Of a DNA stretch of 64,000 bases, positions 36,941-50,790 are shown piece after piece; position 1 is the stretch's first letter, and every line of letters begins with the position of its first letter. The notes below the pieces were generated by a model. That model saw nothing but the letters and a program-made list of their open reading frames with translations. It had not been told where the DNA came from and searched no databases. The position numbers and the translations under genes are program-made. This DNA is from Lama glama. Taxonomy: Eukaryota. The stretch spans positions 90,398,001-90,462,000 of the forward strand of contig CM052817.1 in NCBI GenBank assembly GCA_028534125.1, in the 5' to 3' direction.

Positions 36941-38848
36941 GATATTATTCTTTGGATACCGTGTATGCCATTTAAAATGCGTTTAAAAATATTCTCTAGC
37001 TATGCAGGAAGAATAAAATTCAGAAATTACGTATAGAGAAAGATTTAAAGATCAGTTTTCTTGTTAATCTGTGTATAAAGGAAACCACATTACTAGAAGA
37101 AACATGTCAACAATAGTTCCACAAACCGTTCAGTGTGCCTTTAATAATCCAAAGGCTGCTTAACTACAAAAATAAAACTATAAATGTGTATTGATTGCAA
37201 CTTAAAAAAAATACCTGAAACTGGGTTTATACTCTGCCCAAGGATACAGCAGAATTGACTGTATGTACAACCTGTTTGTACTTGAGCAAAATTGAACTGA
37301 AAAGGGATTCTCTTTCCTGGACAATTTTTAAGTTGTGTCAAGTCTGAGATTAAGGACTGCATATGAAAGGATCACATCTAACAGATGATGTGCGAATCAC
37401 TTTTATTTCATACCAGGGGAAACTAGTCAGAACACTGACAGTGATGAGACAGACTGAAACAAAAAGCAAAGGAAAGCTAAGGTAAGATACATCAAAAGTG
37501 AAATTTTAGGGCAATATTTCTAGCCATTTCCAGACATGTTATTCAGCTAGTAAATGAAAGGAAGAGCTGCTTGATGCGTGGTATATTTGAGATAAACTTT
37601 TCTAATAAACCTTTCATTATACTGAAAAGTACAGAAGTAATTTTCCCTCAAATTGTTCACCTTAGAAAGTTTAAAAATATGAAGGTATGTGTTTTTAAAA
37701 TTTAATATTTTGGGTCCCCCCAAAATGCTGCTGCTTAGGGAATGTAAGTGTGATAATTTAGCATGTTTTCACTCTCAGGAGACATGGGAAAGCATAAATA
37801 TTAGGCTGAGAAAGGATCTAAGACAGTGTTACTGTGTGTGTGTGAAATACATACAGACCAGTGCTGGTACACACTGAGACACACACACACACACAAGTTA
37901 AACCCATCAATCAGCTAAATTCAGAAACTGAGTGTGCATTTTAACAATCTGACTTTGTTGTGACACCTTAATATGTCCTCAATGTCAGTAAGTGTGGTTT
38001 GGAGTTTAGTTCTGGACAGGATTAACTTCTGTTAGTCCAGCTATAACCACAGGAAAATAGTTGAGTCGATACTCAGATTAAGAAGATTGCACCAGAATGT
38101 AAATCAACTCATTGCTTCTTTCACTGAGAAAATCTGATGAATGTCAGCTAAACTAGACAGTGTGTTTCATACCACAGCAAAAACTGTGAATTATATAAAG
38201 GCTAATGCGCTGAATTACAGATTATGCTCTTCACTGTATGAAAATGGAAACTGATCATAAATAAATGTTACTGCATGCTGATGTATGACTATTATCCAGG
38301 AGGAAGATTCTATTGATTGAATCATGGCACAAACTTTTAGCGTGGCTGAAAATAAATTTAAGCTTTGTCCAAATTGTAAAAAATGTAAATTTTTTCACAC
38401 TTGATTATTTGCCTGATAGTTTAGGTATTTTAAAATTTATCTTAATATATCTAAGCAATCATAAATGCTTCAGGTATTTTTTAATGATAGATAAGATTGA
38501 AGGACTAAAACAGAAGTTAGACATGTGAAAGAACAGGTATTCCCCATAATTATCAGTGAAATAGAATATGGACATCGAGATAATATTACAGTTAATGAAA
38601 GTTATTATGATTTATGAATTTAAAAATTTTTATTCTTCATCAAAAGAGGATCCAAACAGGTGAAAGTAACAGATCCTAAGTCCATTTTATTCAACTAAAG
38701 ATAATTTACGTTTGAACCTAGTTTTAAAGGCTAAATTACTGGAAATAAATACTGATCAAGAATTTAAGATGAGTTTTGAAAATAGAGAATCACTTGCCTC
38801 ATTTTGGATAGAAAATAATAAATGTCCTGAGATTGCTATGTAAAAAAC

Positions 38849-39178
38849 TGATAAACAGAAACCACAGTTAAATAGAGTCAGAAGACCAGAAGGGGAACCT
38901 CACACCCCATGACAATAACAGAGCCCAAAAGGAAGAATGACTCCTCTTCTTTTCTGGCAGGGACTCAGTCAGGGAAGAGCCTTGGACTCTGTTTACCATA
39001 GCCCCCTCACCAAGTTTTTCCTTTCCCCTCCATAAAAGCGTTCTCTTTCCCTTGCCATGCTGGGGACTTGCACGTGTCTCACTATGGTTGCAGACCCTGA
39101 ATTTCAATTCTCTGCTAATCCAAATAAACCCATCTTTGCTGGAGAAATACCTAGCAGTCTTTCTGTTTTAGACCAACA
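38849..39178 (+). mobile_element. ERV1-class solo LTR
   Basis: TG...CA termini, TATA-like cataaaag, AATAAA at ~39123, U5-like ctggagaaatacctagcagtc..gaccaaca. Confidence 0.75.
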
Positions 39179-39602
39179 ACTAAAATTACTTTAAAAACTC
39201 TTCTGTCATTCCCCTTAACATACCATTGTGAGATTGTTCCTCTTCTATGAGTGCTGTTAGAACGATACATAAAAAATTTTGGAGTATATGTATCAGCAAA
39301 CAAGAAGTAAACACTTGGTCACTTAAAATTTGACATAATCATATGTACAATGTTCATTCAAAGTATTCATATAGGCATTTAATAAGGGGATTGCTATTTT
39401 ATTTACACATTTTGTTTGTTGCATTTGTGGAACAACAAAATTACAAGTGTGATAATAATTCTCTATGTTAATCATCTCGAAGAATACTTCCTATTAAAAA
39501 TCTCTGCAATTTCTGTAATTCTCATTTTTCATCTTATATTTTAGTTGTATTAGTTATGCTTATTAAAATGTAACTTTACGTCTGTTGAATCTAATAGCAA
39601 AT

Positions 39603-39935
39603 AAGTGGGGGAAGGGAAGGAGAGTGTAAATAATAAAAGGACAGCACAGGGATCCCCATGGTGATGCAACTTTCCTGTATCTTGACTATGACGATAAATA
39701 AATAAACCTGTATGTTAGAAATCTGAATAGAACTAAATACACATACACACAAGTTCATGTAAAACTGGTGAACTCTGAATAAGGTTGCCAGATGATACCC
39801 ATGTCAACTTGCTGATTGCGGTATCATAGTCCACTACTGCAAGATGTTACCGCTGGGGCAAACTGGGTGAAGGGCACTCTGCATTCTCTTATTACTGCAT
39901 GTGAATCTGCATTTATCTCAAAATTAAAAAAAAAA
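39603..39935 (+). mobile_element. L1MD-like 3'UTR
   Basis: gggatccccatggtgatg..ctgtatcttgact..gtaaaactggtgaa..caagatgttacc..gggtgaagggcac..tgcatgtgaatct..tctcaaaattaaaaaaa. Confidence 0.85.
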
Positions 39936-40575
39936 GTCTTTTTATAAGTACTTTAGAAACAAAAGTAATTCAGAAAACTAACATGATGGGAGAGGTCTGA
40001 GAGATTCATGAACACAAAGAGGTATCAATTCCCAGCCAGATTCCAATTATGCCACATGCTTCCAGCTAAGACTCCCTGCAATTCAGCAGTAATGTGAGAA
40101 TCCAGTCCTGAGCCGCTGCAAAGTGTTAGAAAACATCCTATTCCTGAGCAAACTCTTCGGTTAAAGACAACCTGATCACCACAAATCAAAACATTAGTAT
40201 TAAAACTGTCTTTGCCATTTTATTCTTCATAAGCATCTGCCTTGTCTTCCAGTTTGGAGCAACACTTGATTTGCATTGTTACCTGTGTGATTTGATGTAC
40301 CTTATGTTCAAGCACTATTATTCTGCTTTCTTGATGAGTGAAGTGCCTTTGATAAATTATTTGTAACATCTGTAATAAGGCCCTTAAAGTTTTATTAATC
40401 AAGTAAAGAATGTCTTATTTCTAGTAGTAAGAAAATACTTTGTTAAAATAATGTCATAAAATTAAAGTATTCTTAAATGGAAAAGTGTTATGAGAGTGAA
40501 TCATAATTTCCTATCTTTTCTTATAAATAAGTTGTAGAAGTACCTATTTAATTTAGTAAATATAATGAATGAAAC

Positions 40576-40578
<3 letters not shown>

Positions 40579-40628
<50 letters not shown>
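40579..40628. repeat. (AC)25 microsatellite
   Basis: Perfect dinucleotide run. Confidence 0.98.
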
Positions 40629-40633
<5 letters not shown>

Positions 40634-40759
40634 TTTCTTGAATTTTGACCTGAATGAAAAAGTCCTCGTAACAAGATATAATTGTAGGCTTGGATGTCTT
40701 AATTTTTAAATCAATTTCATTGAAGTGATTTCAGCTTTATCAATAGATACAGAAATTTT

Positions 40760-41290
40760 TTTAGTGGCAACAATGTCTTTGACACTTCTCTTACCTAGAG
40801 ATGGGGTCTAAGCTCTCCACTTGAATCTGTTTAGATTTGTGACTATTTTGACTAGTAGCACACAGAGAAAGTGAAATTATTTAATTTCCAGGGCTAGGTC
40901 ATAAAAGAAATGCAGCTTCCAACCTACCCATGGGGCCACTCACAGTGGTGCTCTGAGCCACCCTATAAGAAATTCAACTACCCTAAAGCCACCATTCTAT
41001 GAGCTTCAATGTCACCATAAGGAGAGGCTGTGCGCAGGCTCTCTAGTTGACTGCTCCAGCTGAACTCCCAGCCAACAGTCAGCATCAGCTGCCCGTCACC
41101 TGAGTGAGTCATGTTGGATGCTCAGCCCAGTCAAGTCTAAAAATACCTACAGCCACAGCCAACGGCTGGACCCCTTCCAAATTCCTGGCTTACAAAACTA
41201 TGATCAACAAGGGAAAAAAATGGTTATTTTCATTCACTGGTTTATAATTCAGCAGTTTTGAAAGTAGTTTGTTATTTAGTTCAGTAAGTA
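40760..41290 (+). mobile_element. MLT1G/H-like MaLR LTR
   Basis: gagatggggtcta..cttgaatctg..ggctaggtcataaaag..gcagcttcc..ccagctgaactcccagccaacagtcagcatca. Confidence 0.75.
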
Positions 41291-43355
41291 TAGAAAGAAT
41301 GATAATCAATTAGACAGATGAGAAAGTAAAATATATAAAGCATGGAGAAATCAATTATTTTTCACTTGAGCAACAAAGAGTTTTATTATCAGAATCTGCA
41401 GTATGAATTTGATTCATTGCAATCCAAGAGCAAGATTAGTTGCACTTGGTTGTAGGATTCAGAATCCCATCTTCCAAATGAGGTTAAAAATTCAAAACAG
41501 GTTAAAAAACAAAATATAATAAGGATGAGTCTTATAAGTTACTGAGGGAACTCTTTATGCACTGAGTTGAAAAATTAAAATACAAAGCTCAAGTTGAAAA
41601 GTGTGACTGTTAAGTCTTCACTTCCCCTTGATTTCTTCAATACAGACAGAACTCCATTCCTAAAATAGCCACATTAACCTGCAGCTCGGCTGGAAATTAT
41701 CAAGTAATCAACCCGAGATCCCACATGCCTGTCCAGAATCTTGGGCCATAACCCAAATCTGTAAATATATTTTGGCACCAAGTCTGAGATCAAGAAACTT
41801 TAGCTAGTCTGAGATCTTAATTCCAATCTCTTTATTTGTATTATAAATCAGTTTGCAATGCCTAGAAAGTACAGAAATACATACAAAAATAAGGGGAAAA
41901 ATCAGAACAGTATTAATAGCTTTGTATTAAACTTAGCAATATGTTTTCTAACTATGGTGATCATTCTGTCTGTCATTTAAACATCTGAGATACTTTTAAA
42001 AATCTGATATATTTGAAGACCTACCATATTAGGCTTTGGATTTAATTTTAAATGTTTAGGTTTTCAAACCATGCTTGGAAAAAAAAATTAGACATTAATT
42101 TGTGAACTTAAGTGCATTGGTAGACTTGTAAATTTATCTTTTGGTATTCAAAGTCTTGAGATTAAAATATATTTCAAACTATAGTCACAGATTTAATATA
42201 TTTATAAATGTAATCAACTATGTAAATGATGTAATACATTAAAGAAGATTTTAATCTGTAAAATAACTGAATTAATTTAATAATGATCAAGGAATTAATA
42301 ACTTTTAATATTTTTACAAAACCTATCAGATTTATAAGTTAGAAGCAAAACTTATGTTACACTTAAACTTGATAAAAGTAGTTCTTAAAATCTGTAGTTT
42401 TAATAAGTAAATTATTAATTTAAACATGAGTGATGCAAATAGTCATTTTACATACTAAAATTCCAATTAGACACTAATAATTGAATTTCCATTGCTTTAG
42501 AATATATCCATAAAAAATACAAAGGTAAATATCACTTTTATAAATAACTTGAAGCCAAATTATTACTTATGCTTTGATAATCTTATGAAGCCTAGAACAT
42601 GGTTTATTGATTGAGGACTTCAATGAACACACCCTAATGTGAAGAAATGAAAACCCTGAGATACAGTAAGTTCACTGGCTACATAGTGAATGCTTTCTAT
42701 ATCAGAGGTCACTTAAAACTAAACACTGGGCTGAAGGTATTTTGGAACAAAAAAGCCATGTGTGCTTGGGCTACAAATTCATATGAAAGATGCCTTACAA
42801 ATTTTCCATGAAGTTATTTCATGGGAAATAATGTTCCTCCACTTGGAGAAAAAAGGCCACGTTCCCTACCACCTCTCTCCGTAGAGTGGGCTCCCTCGAG
42901 TTCATTCTTTCACTGGGGGTATCCCCTTTGGCCCTTATGACATGCTTTCCAGCCAATATCCTATGTTGAGTGGGACTCGATTTTGCCTTCCTACAACTGT
43001 CACCTCATGTGGCTGTCAAAACAGAAGTGTAAGGTGATCAGAGATGGTAGAGTCTCTCATCTCACCCTGTTCATCTCCCTAGATCCCTGCATTCAATTTA
43101 TTTTTCATCTTAAAGGAGTTTCCGTACATTCATACAAGGTCTGAAATGCAATTAAAATAGAATTTTAAAATACTGCCCACTGTATTTCCACTGTATTCTT
43201 AAGATAAACAATTTGAAAACAATTTAGGTATCACCACATTCCAACTCCAAAATTACAATTCTTCAAGCTGGGAAATTGGAAACACATACTATCAAAAAAT
43301 GCAGAAGCCAGTTTATCTGAATTATTCAGCCCAAATCTCTGCTTATACATCAATT

Positions 43356-43389
43356 AAGAATATCTCAAAAAAAAAAAAAAGAATATCTC
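43356..43389 (+). mobile_element. Solo poly(A) retro-insertion with an 11-bp TSD
   Basis: tt|aagaatatctc (A)12 aagaatatctc. Confidence 0.85.
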
Positions 43390-44094
43390 TAACTCAAGCA
43401 AAAATTTTACTCTTTTTTGAAATTACAAGGGCAATATGTTAAAATGGAAAAACTTTAGCAGGAGGACGTCGTTGATATTTGTCATTGCTTCTCTAGTTTC
43501 TTGGCTATGAGAGCTTGGCAGGTCACCCAAACTTTTAGGGACTCAGTCATTTCATTAAACATACAGAATTAATTTATTGGCACCCTGAGGCCAGGAAACA
43601 AGATGGAGGATTGATGGAAATCTTTTTCAAAATTTAGGTCAATAATCTGTCATAGTAATTTTATCTTTCTTTCTTTTTTTTTTTTTTACTGTCCTCCGCC
43701 ACCTACCACACACCCCACCATGTATCCTTTCAAGTAAGCGGTAGTGTCTTAATCTGCATGCTCTATCTTCTAAAACACATTTCAGTCTAGAAAGGAATAG
43801 GTGTACACTTAAAACACTGATTCTTTCTGGAAAATGGCTGAGCTAAAGTCCCATGTAGAGATGAAGTTAAAGTTGATTTCAGGCACTAAAATTGATGTCA
43901 GCTATCCACTAATCAAGGGGAAAAAAGAACCAAAATTTACTACAGATTTCAAAGCTCAAGAATTATGCCCCAAAGTTCTTAGGACCTTCTTGGTCTCCAG
44001 AGTTTAAGAACATACATTACAATCAGTTCTTCTGCAAAATGGAGTCATAATCTTGGACCTTTTACAGCTAGCTTTCCAAATGGAAAGCCCTGGC

Positions 44095-44148
44095 TATTAT
44101 TAGCTGCTTGAGTAGTGTATATTATTAGCTGTTTAAGTAGAGTATATT
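44095..44148. repeat. 25-bp tandem duplication (2 copies)
   Basis: tattattagctgcttgagtagtgta / tattattagctgtttaagtagagta. Confidence 0.85.
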
Positions 44149-45089
44149 TCATTGACTTCTCAATCCATCATACAGAATAATTTTTGCTTAGCCAAAAATG
44201 ATTTTTATAGCGTGTTTTTTAAAAATCCTAATTATAAAGGAATATGCAGTGACTGCTTATAGCTACAGTCCTGGCTCATGATTTATTTTACAAGTCTTTC
44301 CTCACAGTTCTTTGCTAAAGACATTCTGTGTGTTTTATTACAAGTTTTTTCCATTGCATCATGCTCTCAGGGGGATGGTGTGCCTATATTTTATTTTACT
44401 TCTGCCATTAATTACCTGTGGGCCTGTATCATGTCTCCCTCAGACCCATTTATTATAATGGTGCCTGCTGATGTCCCTGTAGCTAGCAGTCTGTCAGCAT
44501 TTCCATTAGAAACCCCATTTCACAGGGGCTTAAAATTCAGCTGTAAAATTGTGCTCTGGGCTGTACATGTTTAGAGTACCTGATATGAGCTATGAAGCTC
44601 TTTATTTTTAGCTCTAAAAAGACAAATTTGGAAAAAAGCTATTTCAAAACTGATGAGCATGTAGGTCGTCATTTTCACGATAAAAATAAAAGTTTTTTTT
44701 CCCCCTAAAACCAATGTAGTTCCATAAAAATGTTTGCAGGTGTGTTTTATTATTTTCAAAATGGAAACATACTTGTGTGTAGTTTACAGGAAATTCAATA
44801 AATCCAGGTGATAGTTATGTTTTCATATTTCTTTGTTTCTTCATTTTAATTCGACTAAAATACATATGACTCCTAATTTGTAAAAGAATTTTGATTTATT
44901 CATTAAAAACTATATAAAACTGATCTTCTAAAATGCTTTAAAAGTTTGCTACAGAGTTACTCATTGGACAGTATTCAAATATGAATGTTATTTGCCATGA
45001 GAAACACTTTGGAGTTCAGAAATCATAAGTTTCTAAAAAAATTATCACCCCAAGAGAAACCAAAATTACTGGTATCTTGGGTGTATCAG

Positions 45090-45284
45090 TAGGATTACCG
45101 GATAAAATACAAGACACTCAGTTAAATGTTAATTTTAAATTTTAAAAAACAAAAATTTTTAGTATAAGCATATCCAAAATATTACATGGAACATACTTAT
45201 ACTAAAAACAGGTATTTGCTGATTATCTAAGATTCTAATTTAACAGGTGTCTTATACTTTCATTAGCAAAATTCAGCAACCATA
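45090..45284 (+). mobile_element. MER53 palindromic hAT MITE
   Basis: taggattaccggataaaatacaagacactcagttaaat..tttttagtataagcatatcc..ggaacatacttatactaaaaa..atttaacaggtgtc..cagcaaccata. Confidence 0.85.
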
Positions 45285-46449
45285 AATATTAGTGATTATT
45301 TTTCCTATTCTTCTAACCTAAAACTAGAATTCAATGTCATAGAACATCTGAGGAATAAAAGAATGAGAAAATAATCTTGGATTTGTTAAAAACATTGCCT
45401 AGGCTATAGAAACACTTCTTCAAAGAGTAAGTTTATTGTTAAGAAATAGTAAGTTCTTGTGGGTAGGAGTCAAAATGGAATTACATGACAAAAAAGAAGA
45501 AAAGAGAATTATGTTTAATGGAGAGAGATTCCCTAAAGGATGAAAAATTAGTTACTTGAACACAAAGACACTAAAGGAAAAAAATACAGTGACAAAAGTT
45601 AATAAGACATTTCCAGATGTACCATACCCCTTGTAGATGCTATCATAAATATTTGACTTACTTCTGAAGTACACGTCTACTACTAAATACCTTTTAAGTA
45701 CATTTATTTGATTCATAATAAAATTAACACAGAAAAAAAGACAATATTAAAAATAACTTTCATATTAAAAATAAATTTCAAAGTATTTGACCCATTTACA
45801 TAACCAAAAATTGTCTTTAAGCTGCTGGGGAATTTCTGAGAAATGATTAGGCAAAGGGTTTGGATGATTTGTGTTGACATAGCAATTACTAAGGATGAAG
45901 AGAGTCAATCGTAAAACAGTGTCTTACTAAACATCCACCAATTATATGCCTAACAAAATAACCACATAAAATATCATAACACAAAATAGGATGAATAACT
46001 TACAAGAAAAAGACATTTTATAGATAGTTAAATGAACCATAATAGCAGAAAACATAAAAACTCTCCAAAAACCTATTAAAACATAGATGAATTCATGAGG
46101 TGGGTTTTTTTTTTTCCTGAATGTGAATTTATGTGAAGGGCAAAAAGAAAATAAAGTCATATGTATAAGAGAAGCATTACTATGAAACACTGTTCAGTGA
46201 ATATGAATGAATGTGCCAAAATAAGACAAATTCTATGCTTATAAGAACTTAAAACAGCTGGAGCTATAAGACATAACATTACTCAAAAGTGTATCTCACC
46301 ATATATTTTCTGTCACAAGATGGCTGATTTTGGTTGGTTTTCAAATTGCCTTTGAGAATGCTTTCTTTGCTGGCAAATACTATTGAATTTTTTCAACTAC
46401 CACTGAATATCCTCACTTGCAACAAATCCTCATTTTAAGGGTAGATTTG

Positions 46450-47510
46450 AATTTTTATTGTGGTAACATACACATGATATAAAATTTACCATTCTAAACA
46501 GTTTAACTGGCATTTTAAGTGGAATTAAATATATTCACAACGTTGTGTAAACATCACATCGACTTCAGGAACTTATCATCCCAAACAGAAGCTCCATACT
46601 CATTTAAATAATAACTCCTCTCCCCATTTTCCCCTCCTCCTGGCCTCTGGTAACTACTCTACTTTCTGTCTCTATGAATTTGCCTATCCTGGGACCACAT
46701 GTAAGTGGAATCATACAATATTTGTCCTTTCACATCTGGTTAATTTCATTTAAAGTGTTTTCCAGGTTTATACATGTACCAGAAGTTTTATTTTTTGTGG
46801 CTGAATAATATCCCATTGTATGTATATATTACTTTTTAAAATCAGTTCATCTCTTGCTGAAGTTTTGGGTTGCTTTCACCTTTTACTTATTATGAATAAT
46901 GCTGCTATGAATGCTGGTGTACAAATATCTATTTGAGTCTCTGCTTTCAATTCTTCTGGGTATATACCAAGGATGAAATTACTGAATCACATAGTAACTT
47001 ATGTTAGATTTTGAAGATCTGCCAAGTTGTTTTACACAGTAGCTGAACCATTTTACATTCCTACTGGAAGTCTATGAGGTTCCAATTTCTTCACATCTAT
47101 GCCAACACTTGTTATTTTCTGGCTTTTGGTTGGTTGTTTATTGCCATCCTAATGAATGTGAAGAGCTATCTCATTGTGGTTTTAACTTTCATTTCCTTAA
47201 TAACTGATGATGTTAAGCATCTTTTCTTGTGCTTGGCCATTTGTATATTTTCTTTGGGGAAAAAATGTCCATTTAAATCTTTTGCCCATTTTTGAATTAA
47301 GTTATTAGTTTTTGTTGCTAAGTTGTAGGAGTTCTTTATGTATCCTGGATATTAATCCTTTATCAGATAAATGGCTTGCAAATGTTCTCTTCCATTCTGT
47401 GTCTTTTCACTGTCTTGATAGTGCCCTTTGATATACAAAATTTTTCAATTTTGATAAAGCCCAATTTACCTATTTTTTTCTTTTGTTGCCTATGCTTCTA
47501 GCATCATAAC
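46450..47510 (-). mobile_element. L1MB-like 3'UTR plus ORF2 end
   Basis: tttattgtggtaacatacac..ctactttctgtctctatgaatttgcc..gtggaatcatacaata..ctcattgtggttttaac. Confidence 0.9.
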
Positions 47511-47609
47511 AGACTTGATTCTTTTAGATACTGTCTTATGTTAGTGTACTTAATGACTCTTCAACCAGATAATTATTTCTCAATAAAAAAAATTGAGAGT
47601 TTTGCTTAA

Positions 47610-49003
47610 CTAATGGCATATCAGCCTATCTAGCACTAAACTTCCTGAAAATAACAATGAAAAGCCTAAAAGAAAAGTAAAAAGATAACTGCTGAAAGTT
47701 ATGGGAGAGTGTACAAAATGTAGCAGAAATGAGGGGATGTGGCTCATAAGAGAAATGAAAATCCTACTGATTGAGATCCAGAACATGAAAGCACTGCCCA
47801 GTTCATATAGTACTTAGAGGATAGAGCTAAATCTCAAAAGGTTGAGATGTTGTCAAAAGGTGAATATTGATGCTTCTAGAATGGAGAATCGCAATGGGTA
47901 ATCTCGGAAAGGAGTAATCCTGCATATAAATTCCCCTCAAACCTTTAGCTGACTCTTAATCTGTGTATGCACAGAAAGATATTCTCAAGAATCCAAAGAA
48001 ACAAACATCTGGAAGCTAAAGAGCTAAATAGAGATTTTCAGCAGCTGCCCAGTACCTAGGACACAGTCCGTAGATCCCACCAAGTCCAACCAAGTTAGGG
48101 AAGCTTGAAAAACAGTTACCCCAGAAAAGGCACACATTCAGAGTAAGGAAAATAGCCAAGGACTCAGGGTCACCCACTACGTTAAGGTACAAAACTGAAA
48201 TTTGCCTGTTGTTCTAATAAACCCTACAATCAAGCTTCCACCAGAGCAAGGTGATTAGTAATGTAATTGTCTGATAGTGCAAAGTTCAATTTTCTTTAGA
48301 AAAAATATATAATCTGGAGTCTCATAGCATGTCATCCACAGTTACCAGTGGTAGATCAAATTTTAGTTATACAAAGAAGGAAGAAAATACAATCCATAAT
48401 CAAGAGAAGCTGATCTGAAGAGGATCTTGATGTTGGAATTAGCAATGTTATTTAATAACTATTATAAATACATTTAAAATGTCCAGAAAAAGGTAAATAT
48501 AATCAGTTACCCAATGAAGAATTTCAGAAAAGTTACAGCAGCCTTGTAATTAGACTCTGCAAAGGAAAAGATCACTGACCTGCAGACATGGAAACAGAAA
48601 CTATCCAAATTTAAGCACACAGAGAAATAATAATAATTATTTATCATAATAATATAATAAATACAGTTATAATGATTGTATATAACTTACGGACCCATGG
48701 GACTGTAGCATGCAGTCTGACATTCATGTGGTTAGAATTCCAGAAACAATGGAGCAAAACTACTTAAGAAATAATAACCAAAGATGTCTAAATTTGATGC
48801 AAAACAACTGCCTTCAGCTCCAAGAATCTCAGTGAACAACAAGAAGGACAAAGACAAAGGAATACACACCTAGATACATCATAATCAAACTGCTAGAAAC
48901 CAAATATAAAAAGAAAAATTTAAAAGAAGCCCAAGAAAAAGTTCATTTCATATGCAGGATTAACAATAAGAATGAAGACTAATTTCTCGTCAGAAACAAT
49001 GGA
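47610..49003 (+). mobile_element. Old L1 5'UTR plus ORF1 remnant
   Basis: ORF1 signatures: acacctagatacatcataatcaaactgc (TPRYIIIKL), aataagaatgaagactaatttctcgtcagaaacaatgga. Confidence 0.75.
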
Positions 49004-49220
49004 CTCTGATCTTTTCTGCCTCTTTCTTCCACTTTTAAGAACTCTTGGGATTTCATTGGACCCACCTGGATAATATGAATAATCTCTCTATATGCTGTTT
49101 AGCAACATTAATTCATCTGCAACATCAATTATTTTTTGCTGTGTAACTTAACATAGTCATAGGTCACAGGATTTGGACATTGGTAACTTCTAGGAGATGG
49201 AGGGGGCAGTATTCTGTCCC
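49004..49220 (-). mobile_element. MLT1D-like LTR fragment
   Basis: cttccacttttaagaactcttgggatttcattggacccacctggataat..catctgcaacatcaatt..; paralogous to 7080-7279. Confidence 0.7.
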
Positions 49221-49230
49221 TTTAACTTTC

Positions 49231-49682
49231 TGTGATGGGCCATTTTATGTGTTAACCTGACTGGGCCATTGGGTACCCCGAAGTAACTGGTCAAACATTA
49301 TTCTGTTGTGTCTGTGAAGGTGTTTCTGGGTGAGATTAATATTTGAATTGGTAGTCTGACTAAAGCAGGCTGTTCTCCCTAATGTGGGTTGGCCTTATCA
49401 GTTGAAGACCTGAATAGAACAAAAATACTGAGTAAGAAGAAACTCCTCTTGCCTGACTGCTTGATCTAGGGCACCGGTCTTCTCTGGCTTTCGGACTTGG
49501 ACTGGAACATTGGCTCTTTTTGGGTCTTGAGCCTGTTGGCTGTTGGACTGGGACTTAGACCACTAGCTCTCCTGGTTCTCAGGCCTTCAGGCTTGGACTG
49601 GAATTACATACCAGCAATCCTGGGTGCAGATCTCGGGACTTCTCAGTCTCTATAATTATGTGAGCCAATTTTTTATCATGAA
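49231..49682 (+). mobile_element. MLT2 (MLT2D-like) ERVL LTR, 3' end lost
   Basis: tgtgatgg..ttttatgtgttaacctgactgggcca..ggtcaaacattattctg..tgtgaaggtgtttctgg..gaagacctgaatagaacaaaa. Confidence 0.85.
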
Positions 49683-49684
49683 TA

Positions 49685-49747
49685 CATGTTGACCCTTGAA
49701 CAATGAGGGGTTAGGGGTGCTCACTCTCTGTGTAGTAAAAAATCTGC
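49685..49747 (+). mobile_element. Tigger1 5' terminal fragment
   Basis: TA + ca(t)gttgacccttgaacaatgaggggttaggggtgct..aaaatctgc. Confidence 0.75.
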
Positions 49748-49749
49748 CT

Positions 49750-50320
49750 TGAGCATCTTTTGTTGAGAATCTTTTCATGTGTTCATTGGCCATAGATATA
49801 TTATGTTGGAAGAAACAGCTTTTCAAATGCTTTGCTCATTTTAATTGGATTATTTGACTTTTTATTATTGAATAGAAAGCGTTCTTTATATAATCTGCAT
49901 ACAAGTTCCTTATCACATATACGACTTGCACATATTTTTTCCCATTCTATGTGTTGTGTTTTCACTTTCTTGACTGTGTCCTTTGAAGGACAAATATTTT
50001 TAATTTTGATGAAGTAGAATTTAATCCATTTTTCTCTTCTATTGCTTCTGTTTTCAGTTTCATATCATATAAACAGCTACTAATCCAGAATCACAAATCT
50101 ACTCCTATGCTCTCCTTTAAGCTTTAGAGTTTTAACTAATATATTGAGGTCCGTAGTCTATTTTGAGTTGATTTTTATATGTGGTGTGAAGAATGGGTCC
50201 AACTTCTCTTTTTCATAGGACTAGCCAGTTGTTCCAGTACCACTGGTGGAAAGACTATTCTCTCCTCCACTGAATTTTCATGGCACACTTTGAACTGACA
50301 GTAAATGTAAGGGTATTCCC
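49750..50320 (-). mobile_element. L1 ORF2 fragment
   Basis: ttttcatgtgttcattggcc..gttttcactttcttga..ccagttgttccagtacc..gaaaagact. Confidence 0.85.
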
Positions 50321-50329
50321 AGTCTGCCA

Positions 50330-50790
50330 TGCCTGAAATGCAGTCTCTGCCTGTGTGTTAGGGATTGGTGAAAGACAGGGGCCCAAACCTACTGACTGCA
50401 TTCGCCTGCTATTTATCCTCTGCAACACAGAGGCGAAAGACACGTTGGCCATCTTCCCCTCTTCAGGAAGTACTGTAGTTCTTGACTTGGACAGGGCAGG
50501 AAGAGGTATCCTCATCCTCTTTGCACCTCTGTTCAGGATGGAGCTTCCATCCCACTAAACTGGGGGCATTGGTGGAGGGAAAAATAGGTTGTAGCTCAAG
50601 TGCTACAGACACTCACTATTCTTGCAAGATTTAGTTGATTTTTTTAAATAAGTAAATATTCATTTGTTGTATGCCCTTAGGACAACTTTCAGAGACACGG
50701 TATGGTTGTTTTTAACATAATTTTCTCCAGGTAATTGTTTCCCTGGAGAGCAATCCACAGAGCTCCTTATATGGCCATTCCACAAGGCCA
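50330..50790 (-). mobile_element. L1M4-type 5' end
   Basis: tatgcccttaggacaactttcagagac..tgtttccctggagagcaatccacagagctcctt..gccattcc. Confidence 0.6.

Noticed and set aside
40020..40402. Minus-strand ORF/exon candidates near 40.0-40.4 kb
   Set aside because: They run into stops, show no recognisable homology and have weak splice donors.
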